60,301 nt of DNA, filler included, from Basidioascus undulatus (GCA_000826855.1; 13 parts of 13 records of this genome joined end to end with filler, not necessarily neighbours in it), one strand, 5' to 3'; positions 12,808-25,574 are shown, numbered from the whole stretch's first letter. The notes: generated by a model from the sequence alone, not told the origin. Translations and numbers: made by a program.

Positions 12808-13915
12808 ATGTCCGCATACTCCGGTTACGCGCCATACTGGACGGGTACCACTCCTGACCTGTGCGTTCTCTATCATTCGGTTTCGCGTAGTGTCCACTGA
12901 AGCTGACGTCGGGTTGTGCGGCGCAGCCCCACTTGGCACCCGTCGAGCTCGTGGCGCGGAGGTGACTTTTTCGAGAACCACAACCGGTACCTGGGGTACG
13001 ACGGGTACCAGTCGTTCGGGGTACGTATCTCTACTGCTGGCAATCGCAAAAGGGTGGATTTCTGATATGAATTGGACATGCATTCTTCAGCGGTCTTTCT
13101 TCGACGACATCTGGCGGCGTGTCAAAGGCGTTGCGTCTTCTTGGTTCTCCTCATTGCTCAGATATCTCTTACTTACCAAGTGGGAGGTCCCATAGTTCTG
13201 GAATGACACCGGCGCCCACCTGGACGAGGCCCGCGACGACTACAAGATGGTCTACTCGGGCCAGGTGGACCCATACACTTCCCCGCGCACGCTCGGGAAC
13301 GCAGCGGGGTTCGCAGCGTTCATCACGTGGGACGCTGTGAGCTTCTTTGCCTTTTCTCCTGATGCGGAGGGTGGGAATTGACTGGCGGCGGCGGGTCAGT
13401 ACTACCCGACCTTCACCTCCTACTCGAGCTGGAACCCGGTCGAGCACTACGAGGCCGAGGAGAGCATCGCGGGGATGGCTGTGAGCGAGGCGCTGAAGTA
13501 CGTCTTTCCGTGCAATCACCGCGCTGTTTCCTTAATTGAGGCGCTGACTCCGTATTGGTAGGCTGTGGACCAGGTACGGTAGGTACGATGACAGGGAAGG
13601 GCGCCGGCTGTGCGTAGAAGAAGCCGCCGCGACGGGCGCGAAGTGTTACCACGAGGTGCGACCCCCTCCCTCCCCTCTCCCTACCAAAGCAAACTCACAC
13701 CCCTGCCCCCTGAAACTCAGGCTCGTCGCGCCACCCGCTCCTCCCGCCACGGCAGCCTCGTAGGCGGTATGCCGATGGGCGCGCGGGGCGGCATGGACCC
13801 GTACGCGGACCGGTACGCCGCCGAGCGCGAGATGGACCTCATCGACCGCGAGAACATCCTGGACCAGCGGGAGAGGGACCTTGCGCGGCGGGAGCGGTAC
13901 GGCGGGGGTGGCGGG
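12808..13915 (+). CDS. Multi-exon hypothetical protein, weakly CipC-like core; 3' end off-contig
   Basis: Spliced reading MSAYSGYAPYWT...LGNAAGFAAFITWD...EESIAGMAVSEALKLWTRYG...EEAAATGAKCYHE uses GT-AG introns. The CipC similarity is a recalled pattern only. Confidence 0.6.
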
Positions 13916-14015
13916 NNNNNNNNNNNNNNNNNNNNNNNNNNNNNNNNNNNNNNNNNNNNTTAATTAATTAANNNNNNNNNNNNNNNNNNNNNNNNNNNNN
14001 NNNNNNNNNNNNNNN

Positions 14016-14615
14016 GCCACCTGAGCCTTGCAGCTGTGATCTGCGTTCATCATTGGATCCATAAGATTGCCCATGCCCTTTCCTCACAGCGCCCGCTGCG
14101 CGACGCACCCAGAACCTTCGCCGCGGCGATCATGACGTTGGGGTCATTGCAGGGCAGTGCGGGCTTGAGGTAGTTGTAGAACCTGTACAAGCGCGCCTTG
14201 CGCTCGGGCGTGTCGTCCCCGTCGATATCCAGCAGTCCATCTGTTCCCCCCACCCCATCTCCAGCCTGTGTGAGCACACCCGTGGAAGACGGCAGCGAGG
14301 GCGCCGGCGCGCACCGATGGCGATGATCGCGCCGAGCTTCTCGTGCGCGGCAGAGCTGTTGATGAGCTCGAACAGCCGGCGGTTAATCTCGGACGAGACC
14401 TTCGATACGGCGTCCGCGGTGAGCTCGGCGGAGGAGGTCGTGAGCTGCCCGTCGTCCATCACCTCTTCATCAGTCCCGCCTCGGGAGAAGGGAGCAGGAG
14501 ATGGGGATGAGAGTGGAATCACATATTGCCGCAGCTCCTCGGCGGCTTCTGCTCGCTGCGTCTCGCTGCGGCTGCGCAGGCCGCCGAAGATGCGGACGAG
14601 CGAGTCGTGGAGCAT
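14016..14615 (-). CDS. TOR1: TOR kinase, N-terminal HEAT region (rest off-contig)
   Basis: MLHDSLVRIFGGLRSRSETQRAEAAEELRQY...INRRLFELINSSAAHEKLGAIIAI...RLYRFYNYLKPALPCNDPNVMIAAAKVLG matches the fungal TOR N-terminus. Confidence 0.9.
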
Positions 14616-15012
14616 CGGTGCGCGTGCGTGCGCCGAGGACGCGGGTGAGGGAGGGGAGGGGATCGGTGGGAGGTGCGCGCTCGGGATAGTTCAAAGGTTT
14701 AGGGAAATGGAGAGTCAAGTGGAGATGGTTGAGGGCGAGGGTGAGGGTGCGAGGCAAGTGAAAGGAAGCGAAGGTGATGAGTTGAGTCGAGATGAGAGCG
14801 CGGGTAGCGCGGCTCGAAAGCCGGGCCGGAGAGCCTGCCTTCGAGGCAAGTTCAACCTGCGTATTATTTCGCTCTCATAGCACGCGCAATGCAGAGATAT
14901 CTAAATTAAGCGGGTGTGTATATATGCGTGCGACAATGCAATGCAAGAACTATAGTTCAACGAAAGAGAACGAAGTAAAAAGAGCCCCATCCGACCCCTG
15001 CGCCCCCCTGCA

Positions 15013-16090
15013 CTACCTCCTCCTCTGCAGCGATCCCCACCACCTCCTAGCCCGTCCCAGCAGTCCCTGAACAGGGCTCCTGCTCTGCCCCCCGAACGCC
15101 TCGAACGCCTCCCCCTCGTCCGCGGCGTCGTCGCACTCCCCGCCGCCGGCAGTCGACTGCCAGGCGGCCGTGCTGCCCACTGAGTGCTGCGGGAGGCGCG
15201 CGTACTTGTGCGCGCGCGAGGAGGAAGGCCCGGCGGAGACGAAGCCGTCGAAGGAGGTGATGGACGAGGCGATTGCCGGGTGGCGCGGGAGGCGCGAGGG
15301 CGGGGGCGCGGAGGACGAGGCGGGGAGGGAGTGGTACGTCCCTTGGCGGAGGTGGTGCGAGAAGGAGTAGAGGATCAAGGTGAAGTAGATCTGACAACTC
15401 AACCCGAACGCTCAGTCCCACCATGCCTTGATCCGAACTAGGAGCGCGGGTAACGCACCTTGATCAGCCACCCAGCAACCAGGACGAGCGCAGCAAAGTT
15501 CTTTTCGCGCGCCCAGACGCCCTCCGCAGCGGCGCGGCGCTCGTCGTCGGGGAGGTTTAGGTGGGCGCCGCTGCCGCCCCAGCCGCGGGTGAGGTCGCCG
15601 ACGTCGGCGCGGCGGCCGTCGTGCGGGGTGAAGTAGTACCAGACGCGGAAGAAGAAGACGGAGTAGAGGGTGGAGACGAGGTGGTCGGCGATGAAGAGGT
15701 GCGAGTAGAGGAGCGTCTTGGAGGCGTTCTCCTGTAGCGTTTCAAGGGTTCATCAGCGGGTAGGGGAAAGGGAGGAAGAGGGGAATAGAAGGCGCGCCTC
15801 GGAGATCTGCTTCAGTCCCCAGATGAAGACAGCGAGCGTCCCGACGCTGTAAAGGTACAGGCTGAGCTGGGCGAGGGTCCCGCCAGTGAAGATGACGGTG
15901 ACGCCGTAGATGCCCGCGACCTTGTTGCATACCGCAAACAGCGTCAGAATCGTCGCGCCTGCCTCAACCATGTCAGCTCTCTCTCTCCTGCCATCATAGG
16001 CTTCGAGCCGAACGCACCGAGCTTGATGTCGAGCCCAAAAAACGAGTCCAAGACTGGCAGGTTTTGTTGGAAGCGTGTGTTGACCTTCAT
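15013..16090 (-). CDS. KEI1: Inositolphosphorylceramide synthase regulatory subunit Kei1 (DUF1753)
   Basis: SFFGLDIKL|GATILTLFAVCNKVAGIYG...QLSLYLYS...WYYFTPHDGRR...AGWLIK|IYFTLILYSFSHHLRQGTY; four exons. Confidence 0.88.
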
Positions 16091-16398
16091 TGCGAGCTGT
16101 GCGCTCGCGCGAATGGCCCTGGGAACACTGAGAGAATAAATGAGTGTGTGGCAGTTGAGCGAGCGAAGGAGGAAAGTGAGTGCAGTCAGCTAGAGCAAGG
16201 TCCAGCCTCCGGCGCCCGCTAGGGGAGGGGTTCCGGACTTAACAAAGTTCGATGCAGCTGCCATCTTATCGCCGAAAATTGGGAACGGGCGAGTTGTCGC
16301 GCTTGAACACCTCCTCCGCCTTACACTCTCCAGCCTGCCATCTCCATCGCCCACTAAAAGCTTACATATCTCACGAAACCATTTCCGTACCTACAGCC

Positions 16399-18579
16399 AT
16401 GCCACCCAAACCCGATTGGCCAGACAGCCTCAAGTCAGGCTCCTCCCGCAGTCCCTCCCATCCCGCACCGCGGCTGACCTAACCCGACACGGTCGCGCGA
16501 CCCTCGCAGGAAGTTCGTAGAGCGGACGTTCGCCAAGGCGACGGAAGCGAACAAGGACAAGGTCGCGAAGGAGCTCAAGGATCTCATTCACAAGTGCGTC
16601 GCCGGGCGAGAGGGGGCGGGGCGAGGAGGCTCACTGCACGGCGGGGCGTTTGCAGGGCGTACGCGGCCGACGCGCTCAACACCACCGACTGGACAAAGGT
16701 CGAAATCCAAGCGTGCGTGTCTTTCTCACAATCAGCTCATCCCAACGCTCACACCCCTTTCTACCTCAGCCTCAAGCCACCCACCGGCAAGCGGAAAGCG
16801 TGCGTCCTACCCCTCTCCCCAGCACACAGCCCTCCCATCTCACCCGCCCCCTCCGTCAGCAATTCCGCCTTCCCCTCCTCCTCCTCCTCGATCCTCAGCA
16901 TGCCCGTCGCAGACGAGGCAGACGCGCGGACGAAGCGCGCGCGGCGGTTCGAGCGCGAGCTCGAGATCGAGCGCCGGCGCGAGCGCGGCGAGGACGTGTC
17001 CATGGGCGCGCCCCAGATGAGCCTGTCCCGCTTCGTCAATGCTCCCGACGACCCCGCGCTCGTGAACCGCATGGGCGGGCTCTCGACGGGGAGGAAGAAG
17101 AAGTGGGCCAACTCGAAGATGCCGGGCTTGGAAGACGAGGGGGAAAAGACGTTCGATCCGGTGCGCTGAGGCTCTTCTTCCTGTGGCAGCAGCGCTGGCT
17201 TTAGGGGAAAGAGGAAGATACTCATGATAGGGTTCGAACAGAACGTGATTGACTGGGACCAGTACACGATCGTCGGGACTTCACAGCAGCTCGAGAAGCG
17301 GTATCTGCGTTTGACATCTGTGCGTGTGCCTTCCTCCCTGCCTCCCAGCTCACATTGAACTCATTCCCTCTCACCTTCCTCCCCCGTTCTATTCCACCCC
17401 CAGGCCCCCGACCCCTCAACCATCCGTCCCCTCCCAGTGCTGAAGCAGACGCTCGACCTCCTCAAGCGCAAGTGGCGGCAAGAGAACGACTACAGCTACA
17501 TCTGCGACCAGATGAAGTCTCTGCGGCAGGATCTGACAGTGCGTCCTCTCCCCGCCGCCCTCTCCTCTCCTCTCCCTTTCCCTCCCGCACCATCTCGGCT
17601 GAGCTCCTACGCGACTGCGCAGGTGCAACGCATCAAGAATGACTTTACAGTGTCCGTGTACGAGATACATGCGCGGATAGCGCTCGAGAACGTACGCCCG
17701 TTTCCGCGGTGCGCGTGCTTCGTGCGGCTCTGATCCGTTTCTGGGCTGGCGGACAGGGCGACATGGGCGAGTACAACCAGTGCGCCGCGACGCTGCAACA
17801 TCTCTACGCGCAGTGCGTCTCACTCCTCCCGCTCTCTTCCCCCCTCCGCCTCCCACTCACACGCCTCCCACTCACACGCCTCCCACTCACACGCCTCCCA
17901 CTCACACGCCTCCCATCACAGCAACCTTGCCGGCCACCCGCTCGAGTTCCTAGCGTACAAGATCCTATACCTCCTCTACTCGCGCAACTGGTCCGCCGTC
18001 AATGTCCTCCTCGGCGAGCTCACGCCCGAGCAAAAAGCCGCCGACGCCGTCCGCCACGCCCTGAACGTGAGGAGCGCCATGGCGACTAGCAACTACCATG
18101 CGTTCTTTAGGCTGTTTTTGAGCGCGCCGAATATGGGCGGGTGCGTTTGCGAGGGACGAAGAGAGGGAGCGGGGTGGGGTGGGGTGGAGTGGGGCGGGAG
18201 GCTGATAGGAAGGGAGGGAGGCAGGTACATCATGGACATGTTTATCGAGCGCGAGCGACTGAAGGCACTCATCTTTATGTCGAAATCGTGCGTTCTCTCT
18301 CCCTCTTCCCTCTTCCCTCCCCCACTCGCTTATTCCTCTCCCCGTTTCCCTTTCCTCACCTCTTCAACTCCCCTTCTCCTCCCTCTGCCTTTACCCTCTC
18401 TCGGCTCTAACCCACCCCTATTCCTCAAACGCAAAAGCTACATCCACCTCCCCCTCAAGTACATTGCCTCCGAGCTCGCGTTCGACGACGTGCACGAAGC
18501 GGCGCGCTTCATCGAGGCTCTCAAGGCAAACCACTGGGTCCTCCCCAAGTCCAGCAGCTCTCCCCCCCCGCCTCCGCCT
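16399..18579 (+). CDS. THP3: SAC3/GANP/THP3-family PCI protein (Thp3/LENG8-like); 3' end off-contig
   Basis: [40 protein letters not shown]...[45 protein letters not shown]...[16 protein letters not shown]. Confidence 0.9.
17847..17915 (+). repeat. Intronic minisatellite (CGCCTCCCACTCACA) x4.6
   Basis: Four exact 15-bp units plus a partial unit immediately upstream of a CAG acceptor. Confidence 0.95.
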
Positions 18580-18679
18580 NNNNNNNNNNNNNNNNNNNNN
18601 NNNNNNNNNNNNNNNNNNNNNNNTTAATTAATTAANNNNNNNNNNNNNNNNNNNNNNNNNNNNNNNNNNNNNNNNNNNN

Positions 18680-21015
18680 CGGTACGCTTCCCCCCCCTTC
18701 CCCTACAAGCACACGGTACTTACCGTCCTGACCCTCTCCGCATCCGTGCCTGCCCCCAGCGCGACGCCCTCGACCTTCTCCCCCGTCTTCGCCAGAAACC
18801 CCACCATGCGCTTCGCGCACTCACGGTCGGGCGGGGAGGACAGCGCGGCGGACCAGAAGAGGCGGAGGAACTCGCACGCAGCGGTATGGCAGGAGACGGC
18901 TTGGCGCATTGTGGTGGGGGGGAGCTCATCTGCGCGGGCGGCGGGGGATGAGTGAGAAATGGGAAGATGAGGAAGCTAGAGAAGGAGGATGCGGGGTGGG
19001 GTGAGCTACCTTTCGAGCGCGACGTCGGCCCGCGCGTTTTGATCGACCGCGTCATATCCTCCATCGCCTTGCCCACGTCCTCCTCCGCCAACACCAACTA
19101 CCCCAACTCCGCACTCCAGCATATCAGCCATCCCCCCCGTGCGCCATCTACCCCTTTCGCTCCAACGCACCTCCCCCAAATCCGCCTCCCAATCCCTAAG
19201 CACCCCCCGCATGCGCTCGAGCACAGCAGCCTTGTCCATCCCCTCGTACGCGCGCTCCTCCGCCGTGCCCCCCCCGTCACCCGAAGACGCCGCCCCGCTC
19301 ACGTAGAACGTTTCGCGGTCGGCGACGTCCAGCATTACGGCGGGCGCGGCTTGCGGGTCGTGCAGATCCTCGATGTCGATTTGGGATATGTATCCTTGCG
19401 GCTGAGGAAGAAGATAAGAGATGTGGGCTCAGATTGGTGGGTGAGGCAGGCGGTAGGGTAATGGGAAGCGCACATCTAGCTCGTCCTCGTTCTCTTCTAT
19501 CCTTCGCCGCTTGCCTACGCGCTCGTCCTCCCCTCTGTAAATTGCTTCCAATTTAGCGCACAGGTGAGAGTGAGAGCACCGAGTGGAACGTACAATGACG
19601 ATTCAAGCAAGCGCTGGCTGTGCTCGTTGAAGCGGCGCATGAGCGGGAGCGTCGTGCGCAGCCGCCCAGCCTGCATGGTGATGTCCTTCTGATTTCCCGT
19701 CTGAAATCCCTCAAAAATCAGCACGAGCTTCCCCCTCAGGCGGAGCGACGTCCGTTTACCCACCTCGGTATGGTCCTCCTCCGTCGCGCCCAAATCCAGC
19801 AGGCGGTCCACCACGCCCTCGCCCGCTCTCCGAGGCTCCAAACCTGATCCACATCCCCCGCTCGGCTTAGTTTCTGGTGTAAGGTAGAGAGAGGAAGCAG
19901 CCAGGTCACGTACCGTCGTCTGCCGCCTCCAGATACTTGTCGAAGATGGGGTCGTCCTTCGCCAGGTCCGCGTCTGTGCGGCTGGACGCGCGATGTCGCG
20001 CGAAGAGGTGCGAATGGAAGTAGCGCACCCAGAACTCGGTCTCGTCGAGCTGCAACATTTTCACAGCTTCGTCAACCAGCCGTGTCGGGATGGGGAGGAG
20101 AGGTAGTGGGCAGACGCACGGGTTTGGGGACGTTCTCGACGTAGATCTTCTGAACTATCGGGTACTCCTCGAAGATGTCGTGCACCAGTTGAGGGGTGAT
20201 GGTGATTGTCACATCGCCCGACTGGGAGGATGAGGGGCGCGGGTCGACGAGCGCGGAGGGGCGGCCGGGCCGCTGCGCGGAGGAGAGGGACTCGAGGCGG
20301 AGAAGGTGCTGCGTCCCGCCTCTCCCATCAGTCCGCCCTTAAATGTAAGCGTTGGGTGGATCGGACGCACCTCGCGGCCCTGCCAGAACTCCGTCTCGGT
20401 GATGACATGGTTCACGACCAGCTGCTGGAACAGCTCCCCGAGCGCCGGATCCTTCGTCAAGATGCGCGCTTTGATCGCCGCCTGGTCCTCCGGCGCGCGT
20501 GCGCCGGGCGTACCCGCGCGCGAAGTTGACGGCCCAGCAGCAGTCGCAGCCGGCGCAGGCGACCCGGGCGCGGGGACGGGAGTCTGGGAGCGCGAAGACG
20601 CGGCAGCGGCGACGCTGCTCTCGACCGCCGCGGACGTTGCGGCCCGGTTCTGGGCGACGAACGTCGCGAGATGGTCCTTGAAGGACTCGCGGTCGCCGAG
20701 CGCGGAGATCGGGGAGGTGAACGTGAAGTTGAAGGATTCGGGAGGGTTGACGAGGTCGATCTTGAGCCGGATGGGGGTTGCGCCTGCTTTGGAGGCGAAG
20801 AGGGCTGGCGATCGATGGGGATGGAGATGAGTCTCCGGAATTTCGATAGATGAGCAGCCTGATGGAACCTCACCGTTCAGACGAGAGATTGGGATCCCGA
20901 GGGAGGGCGTGGGCGTGCTAGGCTCGGTCCAGGTGAGGATGCTCGAGGTGAGGGTGAGCGTGCCCGCCTTTCTCTTGTACAGCGTCGGCGCCGATGCCAG
21001 GACCGTCCCCGACAT
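18680..21015 (-). CDS. TFB1: TFIIH subunit Tfb1/p62 (PH domain + BSD domains); 3' end off-contig
   Basis: N-terminal YKRKAGTLTLT PH-like domain; ELFQQLVVNHVITETEFWQGR, ITPQLVHDIFEEYPIVQKIY, EFWVRYFHSHLF, RLLDLGATEEDH, LMRRFNEHSQRLL, CEFLRLFWSA. Confidence 0.9.
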
Positions 21016-21277
21016 GGCCTTGGTATTGTTCCCGACGCTGCTGCTGGGCGTCTGTGTGTCGTGTCAGATGGAGAGGATCAAGGTCTAGGTGCAAGCGCGA
21101 AAGTGCCGCGAGCGGGGCTTTGGGCCGATCGAGCGCACGTGCAAACCCGGCGCCGAACGAAGAAAGTGCGTTCGTCTTCTCCTTTGACTCCCTTCCATCG
21201 CTTCCTCCCCCACCCACACTCGTTTCCCTCACAGAAACTAGATACTCTCTTTTATTTTCGCCTACGGAACCACAGAA

Positions 21278-22432
21278 ATGGCTACTGCCCACGTCGGTCC
21301 ACATCTCCTCCCCTCATAACGAAAGGGTGACTCGCTCACCACACCTTCGCCAACAGAAGAAGATCCTCGTCACCTTCGGTTCGTAGCCGCTTGTGAAGCC
21401 AGCCAGCCGTATCCTCACCGACCCCACACCCGCCAGACTTTGACTGGTCGCTCTCGGACCAGGACACTGACCGATGGGTGTTGGAGGTCAATGCGCCCCA
21501 CCTCCGCCGCAAGATGAAGACGCTCAAGGGGGAGGTGCAGTGGACGGACCTTGTGTGAGTCCATCCTTTCTGCTGCCGGGGCCCAAGGTGCTGAGTTATC
21601 TGTTATTTGTTGTCTGCCAGTGCGCAGACGCTGAAGGAGGCGCACGCGGAGGGGGTCACGCGCGAGCAGATTGAGCACTCGCTCAAGATCATGCCTTTTG
21701 TTCGTCTTTCACTCGTCCCTCCCTCTGTGCTTCTCGGCAAACACGCCAGGTCTGACTCATGGGTGGTGTGTGTACAGCACCCCGCGATGATGCGCGCCGT
21801 CCGCTCCCTGAAACAGCGGAACCCGAACGTCGAGTACCTGATCCTCTCGAACGCCAACTCCGTCTACATCAGCACCATCCTCGCCGAGCACGGCCTGACC
21901 GACCTCTTCCCTAACATCATCACAAATCCGGCGTGCTGGACGGCCGACGGCGCGCTCGACGTCCGCCGCCGCGTCGACCCGAACGGCCCGCAGCACCAAT
22001 GCAAGATCGGGTGCAGCCCGAACATGTGCAAGGGTGCGTCTGAGCGGGCGGTTTTTTAGTGGAAAGGGGAGAGAACGACGTGCTGATGGTCGGCGTCTGT
22101 GGGGAAAAGGTGACGAGCTCGAGGCGTTCATTGCTGCGCGCGGCGGGTGGGAGGCGTACGATCAGGTCGTCTACGTCGGTGACGGGGGTAACGACTTCTG
22201 CCCTGCTCTTGTGCGTCCCATCCCATGCTTCCCTTCCCCGATGTGTGCTGACGTCCTGCTCCGATCGCAGCACCTCCGCAGCACCGACCTCCTCCTCGCG
22301 CGCTTCCCGCGCGCACTCACAACGCGCATCGCGGCCGACGGCGAGCGCCTCGGCCTCAAGTGCGAAGTCTCGCAGTGGGTCGGCGCGTGGGAGGTGGAGG
22401 AGTACTTTGCTGCACTCGCGGGCAAGGCATAG
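21278..22432 (+). CDS. HAD-superfamily phosphatase, PHOSPHO1/PHOSPHO2-like (pyridoxal-phosphate/phosphoethanolamine type)
   Basis: Spliced KKILVTFDFDWSLSDQDTDRWV (motif I), ILSNANSVYI (motif II), CSPNMCKG (motif III), VYVGDGGNDFCP (motif IV). Confidence 0.9.
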
Positions 22433-23383
22433 ACGCCGCGCAGGGGGTGTGCCTTTCTTTTGAGCATATTGGGGTCTGCGGCGCAATAGGTTCAAATCAC
22501 TTTAATTTGTAGGCGGAAGGCAGCTTGTGCTGGTCGTATTGCGGGGTCGCACAGCGCGTGCAAGCGCGTGAATGTGTGGGACGTCATGACTGCCTTTCGA
22601 TGTGGATGGGAAGCAGTACAGCTGGAGGACTTTTAAGCGCAAATCGCATCAGCCAGAGCCCAATGCCACCCCAAGCCGTCGGATCGCCTGCTCCCTCCAC
22701 GCTTCCCTCGCCGGCCTTCATAGCCCGCCACAGCGATTCCCTACCCGTCAAGCCAGACATGGAGGACATGATCGGGCAGTTTGGAGAGGTCCGATTGCCC
22801 TTTGAGAGGGTCGATTTTCTACAACAAGAAGCGGTTTGGTGTCAGCTGCTTGCCCCTCGATGGGAAACGATGCTGTGAGATCGGGGCTGCGATGAGCATG
22901 CACTCACCGGTGGACGTGGCAGGCTCTGGGGATTCGGGAAGGATGGACGCTCGTGGACGAGCCACCAGCATGTTTTGAGGAAAGCGATGGCCTGTGAAGA
23001 TCCGCGTGAAATCGCCAAGCCTTGATGAGCTCTTGGTGTGAAAAAACGTGGCACTCACATTGTCGGCCTTTTCCAGCGCACGCTGGGACGTGCGCTGGGA
23101 TGCTTCGAGCTGCTTTGGAGTGCTGACATCCTGATCTCTTTGTCTTTCTTGAACTTGTCGGATTCGCGGGTGTGGAGCGGGCGGTGGGCGGCTGGGAGTT
23201 AGGCCGCATCTTTTCTTCGCTCACCCCGAAANNNNNNNNNNNNNNNNNNNNNNNNNNNNNNNNNNNNNNNNNNNNTTAATTAATTAANNNNNNNNNNNNN
23301 NNNNNNNNNNNNNNNNNNNNNNNNNNNNNNNGTACCCCTACCCGCGCGGCTCCCCGCGCCCGCACCCCGCCCGACACGCACAG

Positions 23384-24406
23384 GCCACCGCGCCTCCATC
23401 TGCGCGCACACCGACCGCGCGCTCGTTGAGGTCCAGCCGCGCGGCAGGCCGGTGTCGCAGTGCGAGGTGTGTTCCTTCCTTTCCTTCAGCTTCATTTCAA
23501 CGTTCTTCTCGCACGCCGACTGATATTGAGCGCTGCGCGGGCGTTTCAAGCATTGTCGGAGAGCTCGGCGGACTAGGAGCGTGCATACGAGATGCAATGT
23601 GCGCTCGGTGCCTTCCCCCTTCGTTTCCAGGGCTCGGACGGAACAGCTGATGGACTTCTGATGCGGCGCAGTGTGAGGGCGCTTCAGAAACGCAGCGGGA
23701 GGGAAAGCGTGCTGGGCGAGGCGGGACGAGGTTTACACGTGCGCCGCGTTCCTGCCTCCTACTTTCCCTTGACGGCGTGTCATATAACGATCGACTTCCT
23801 CGAATAAGCAGTCGACCCCTCCGTCTCCGCCTGTGAATGCAAGTCCGGCGCGCAGTGCATCTGTTGCTGTGACCCGGCCTTGCCCTCCTCGCCCTCCTCC
23901 TCGTCCTGCTGTGCAAGCATTCCCGTATCTTCCCCCTTCGCATCAGCATCCGCCGACTCCCATCATCAATCCCACTCTTCCTTCCCCGAACCGGTCTTCC
24001 AGCCCGTGTTGCTGGACATGCTCTCTTCCCTGGGCGCTCACGATCCAGGCTGCTGTAGCTCGGAACGTGCGCCCGTCCCTCCCCCTTCCCCTCTCCGTTT
24101 CCTCCCTTTAACAGCTCCCTCACACCACCTTCTTACCCCGCATCCCAGTACCCGCACCGGCACCACCACCTTGCACCTGCCCCTCCCCCACCTCCCCCTC
24201 GGGCTGCCCGGCTTGCGCCCGGCCCTGCGCGGGGAACGACGCCTGTGCGGCCTGCTTCGACTGCGCGACGGGCCTGCGGTACCCTACTGGCATTGGGGTG
24301 GTGGACGTGTGGATGGTCCGGGAGGGGGCGCTGGCTCCGACGCGAGATGAGTGGGGAAGGGATGGGTGGAAAGGGGGGCGACAGCTGTGAGTATCGAGGG
24401 GCGTAA
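23384..24406 (+). CDS. Copper-fist (Ace1/Mac1/Cuf1-family) transcription factor; first exon off-contig
   Basis: GHRASICAHTDRALVEVQPRGRPVSQCE|HCRRARRTRSVHTRCN|C is a copper-fist DNA-binding domain, followed by several Cys clusters. Confidence 0.85.
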
Positions 24407-24702
24407 GCTAGGAGCTCGCGCTTTTTTTAGGAGATGAATGATTTATTGAACATTCTGAGAGAGTGTCATGGGTGGCGCATTAATCGAGATGAAGGACAGG
24501 CAAGCGGCCATGGAAGGAAAGGAGCGGAAACGATTGACTGCCACGCAGCGGTTATGAAACCAGGAGATGCTTCAACAGGCAATACTAAAAGACAGAAGTA
24601 GACCTATTGCAGCACGTTCAAACTCTCGTTTGGTACATGAATCGCATGCGCATATAATAGCGAGCGCGACACGACAACCTCGCCAGCGAACCAGCTGCAA
24701 GA

Positions 24703-25574
24703 CTACAAGACTTCCGCCCGACGCTCCGACGGTGTGCCATCGATTGTCCAGTCCATCATCTGAGTCTCAAGAGATGATTTCCCCTGTACAATCATGGGAC
24801 CGCCAGCCAACAGAGCGCGCTTGCTCGTTCTCGACTGTAATGTGGCTCCCGAACGCGGAGTGGCGCAAGAAAATAGACTTTGTGAGAAAGGACAGCTCTC
24901 GATAAATCTGCCGAAATTCCTCAAGCAAGAAGTGATGTAGGTCTGACTGAGCGACGGATGAGCGTTCGTCGCCATGAGTGTGGACAACATCGGTAGAGAA
25001 GCTGTGGTTGGCAAGCACAAGCATGAAAGGTCGCGGGAGTCCGCATTTCCGTGAAACTCGATGGGCCAATAGAATGATGGACGCTGCACCCGATCAAGTA
25101 CACTCTTGTTCAGCACGTCGTGCATGGTGCCAGGCCAGACAAACTCATCGAGGAGCTTCATGCTTCGAATTGCCCTGAGAATAGGGCAGACCAAGTCCCC
25201 GTTGCTGGCGTACCTCTCAAACTCCCGATTAATTTCAAGACGTAAGATTACTTCGCTGATGAAAGTGAGAACGTCGCCTAATCGCGCCAATGCCTCGTCC
25301 TGTTGGTCCCCGGAGATGAGGAAAAGCGAGGAGCAAACGTTCGATGCGAGTGTGGCATTGCCTGAGAGCGCGCGCGAGAACTTGTCCAGCTGAGATTTGC
25401 TCGTGATCACCGCGGATTGATACAGCTCCTTCCGAGTGATCGGAACGAGCAAGCGAGCAACGAGGCAGAGCGAAGAGTGGCCCAGTCGCGGGTGTAGGCG
25501 AGGGGATGCGGGGGCTCAGCCGCCAGCTCGATGGTGTGGCGGAGGATCTCGAGAAGCAGAGTAGGGACGGTCAT
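24703..25574 (-). pseudogene. F-box-like/LRR-like lineage-specific protein with an early frameshift
   Basis: MTVPTLLLEILRHTIEL...ATLR shifts frame into LCLVARLLVPITRKELYQSAVITSKSQLDKF, a typical fungal F-box-like N-terminus. Confidence 0.55.

Noticed and set aside
17847..17915. CRISPR-like array (also considered for 40095-40148)
   Set aside because: No spacers, eukaryotic context and no cas genes; these are simple tandem repeats.
22660..22900. FG...GKRCC resembling a P450 heme motif
   Set aside because: The spacing does not fit FxxGxRxCxG and there is no ExxR or PERF context.
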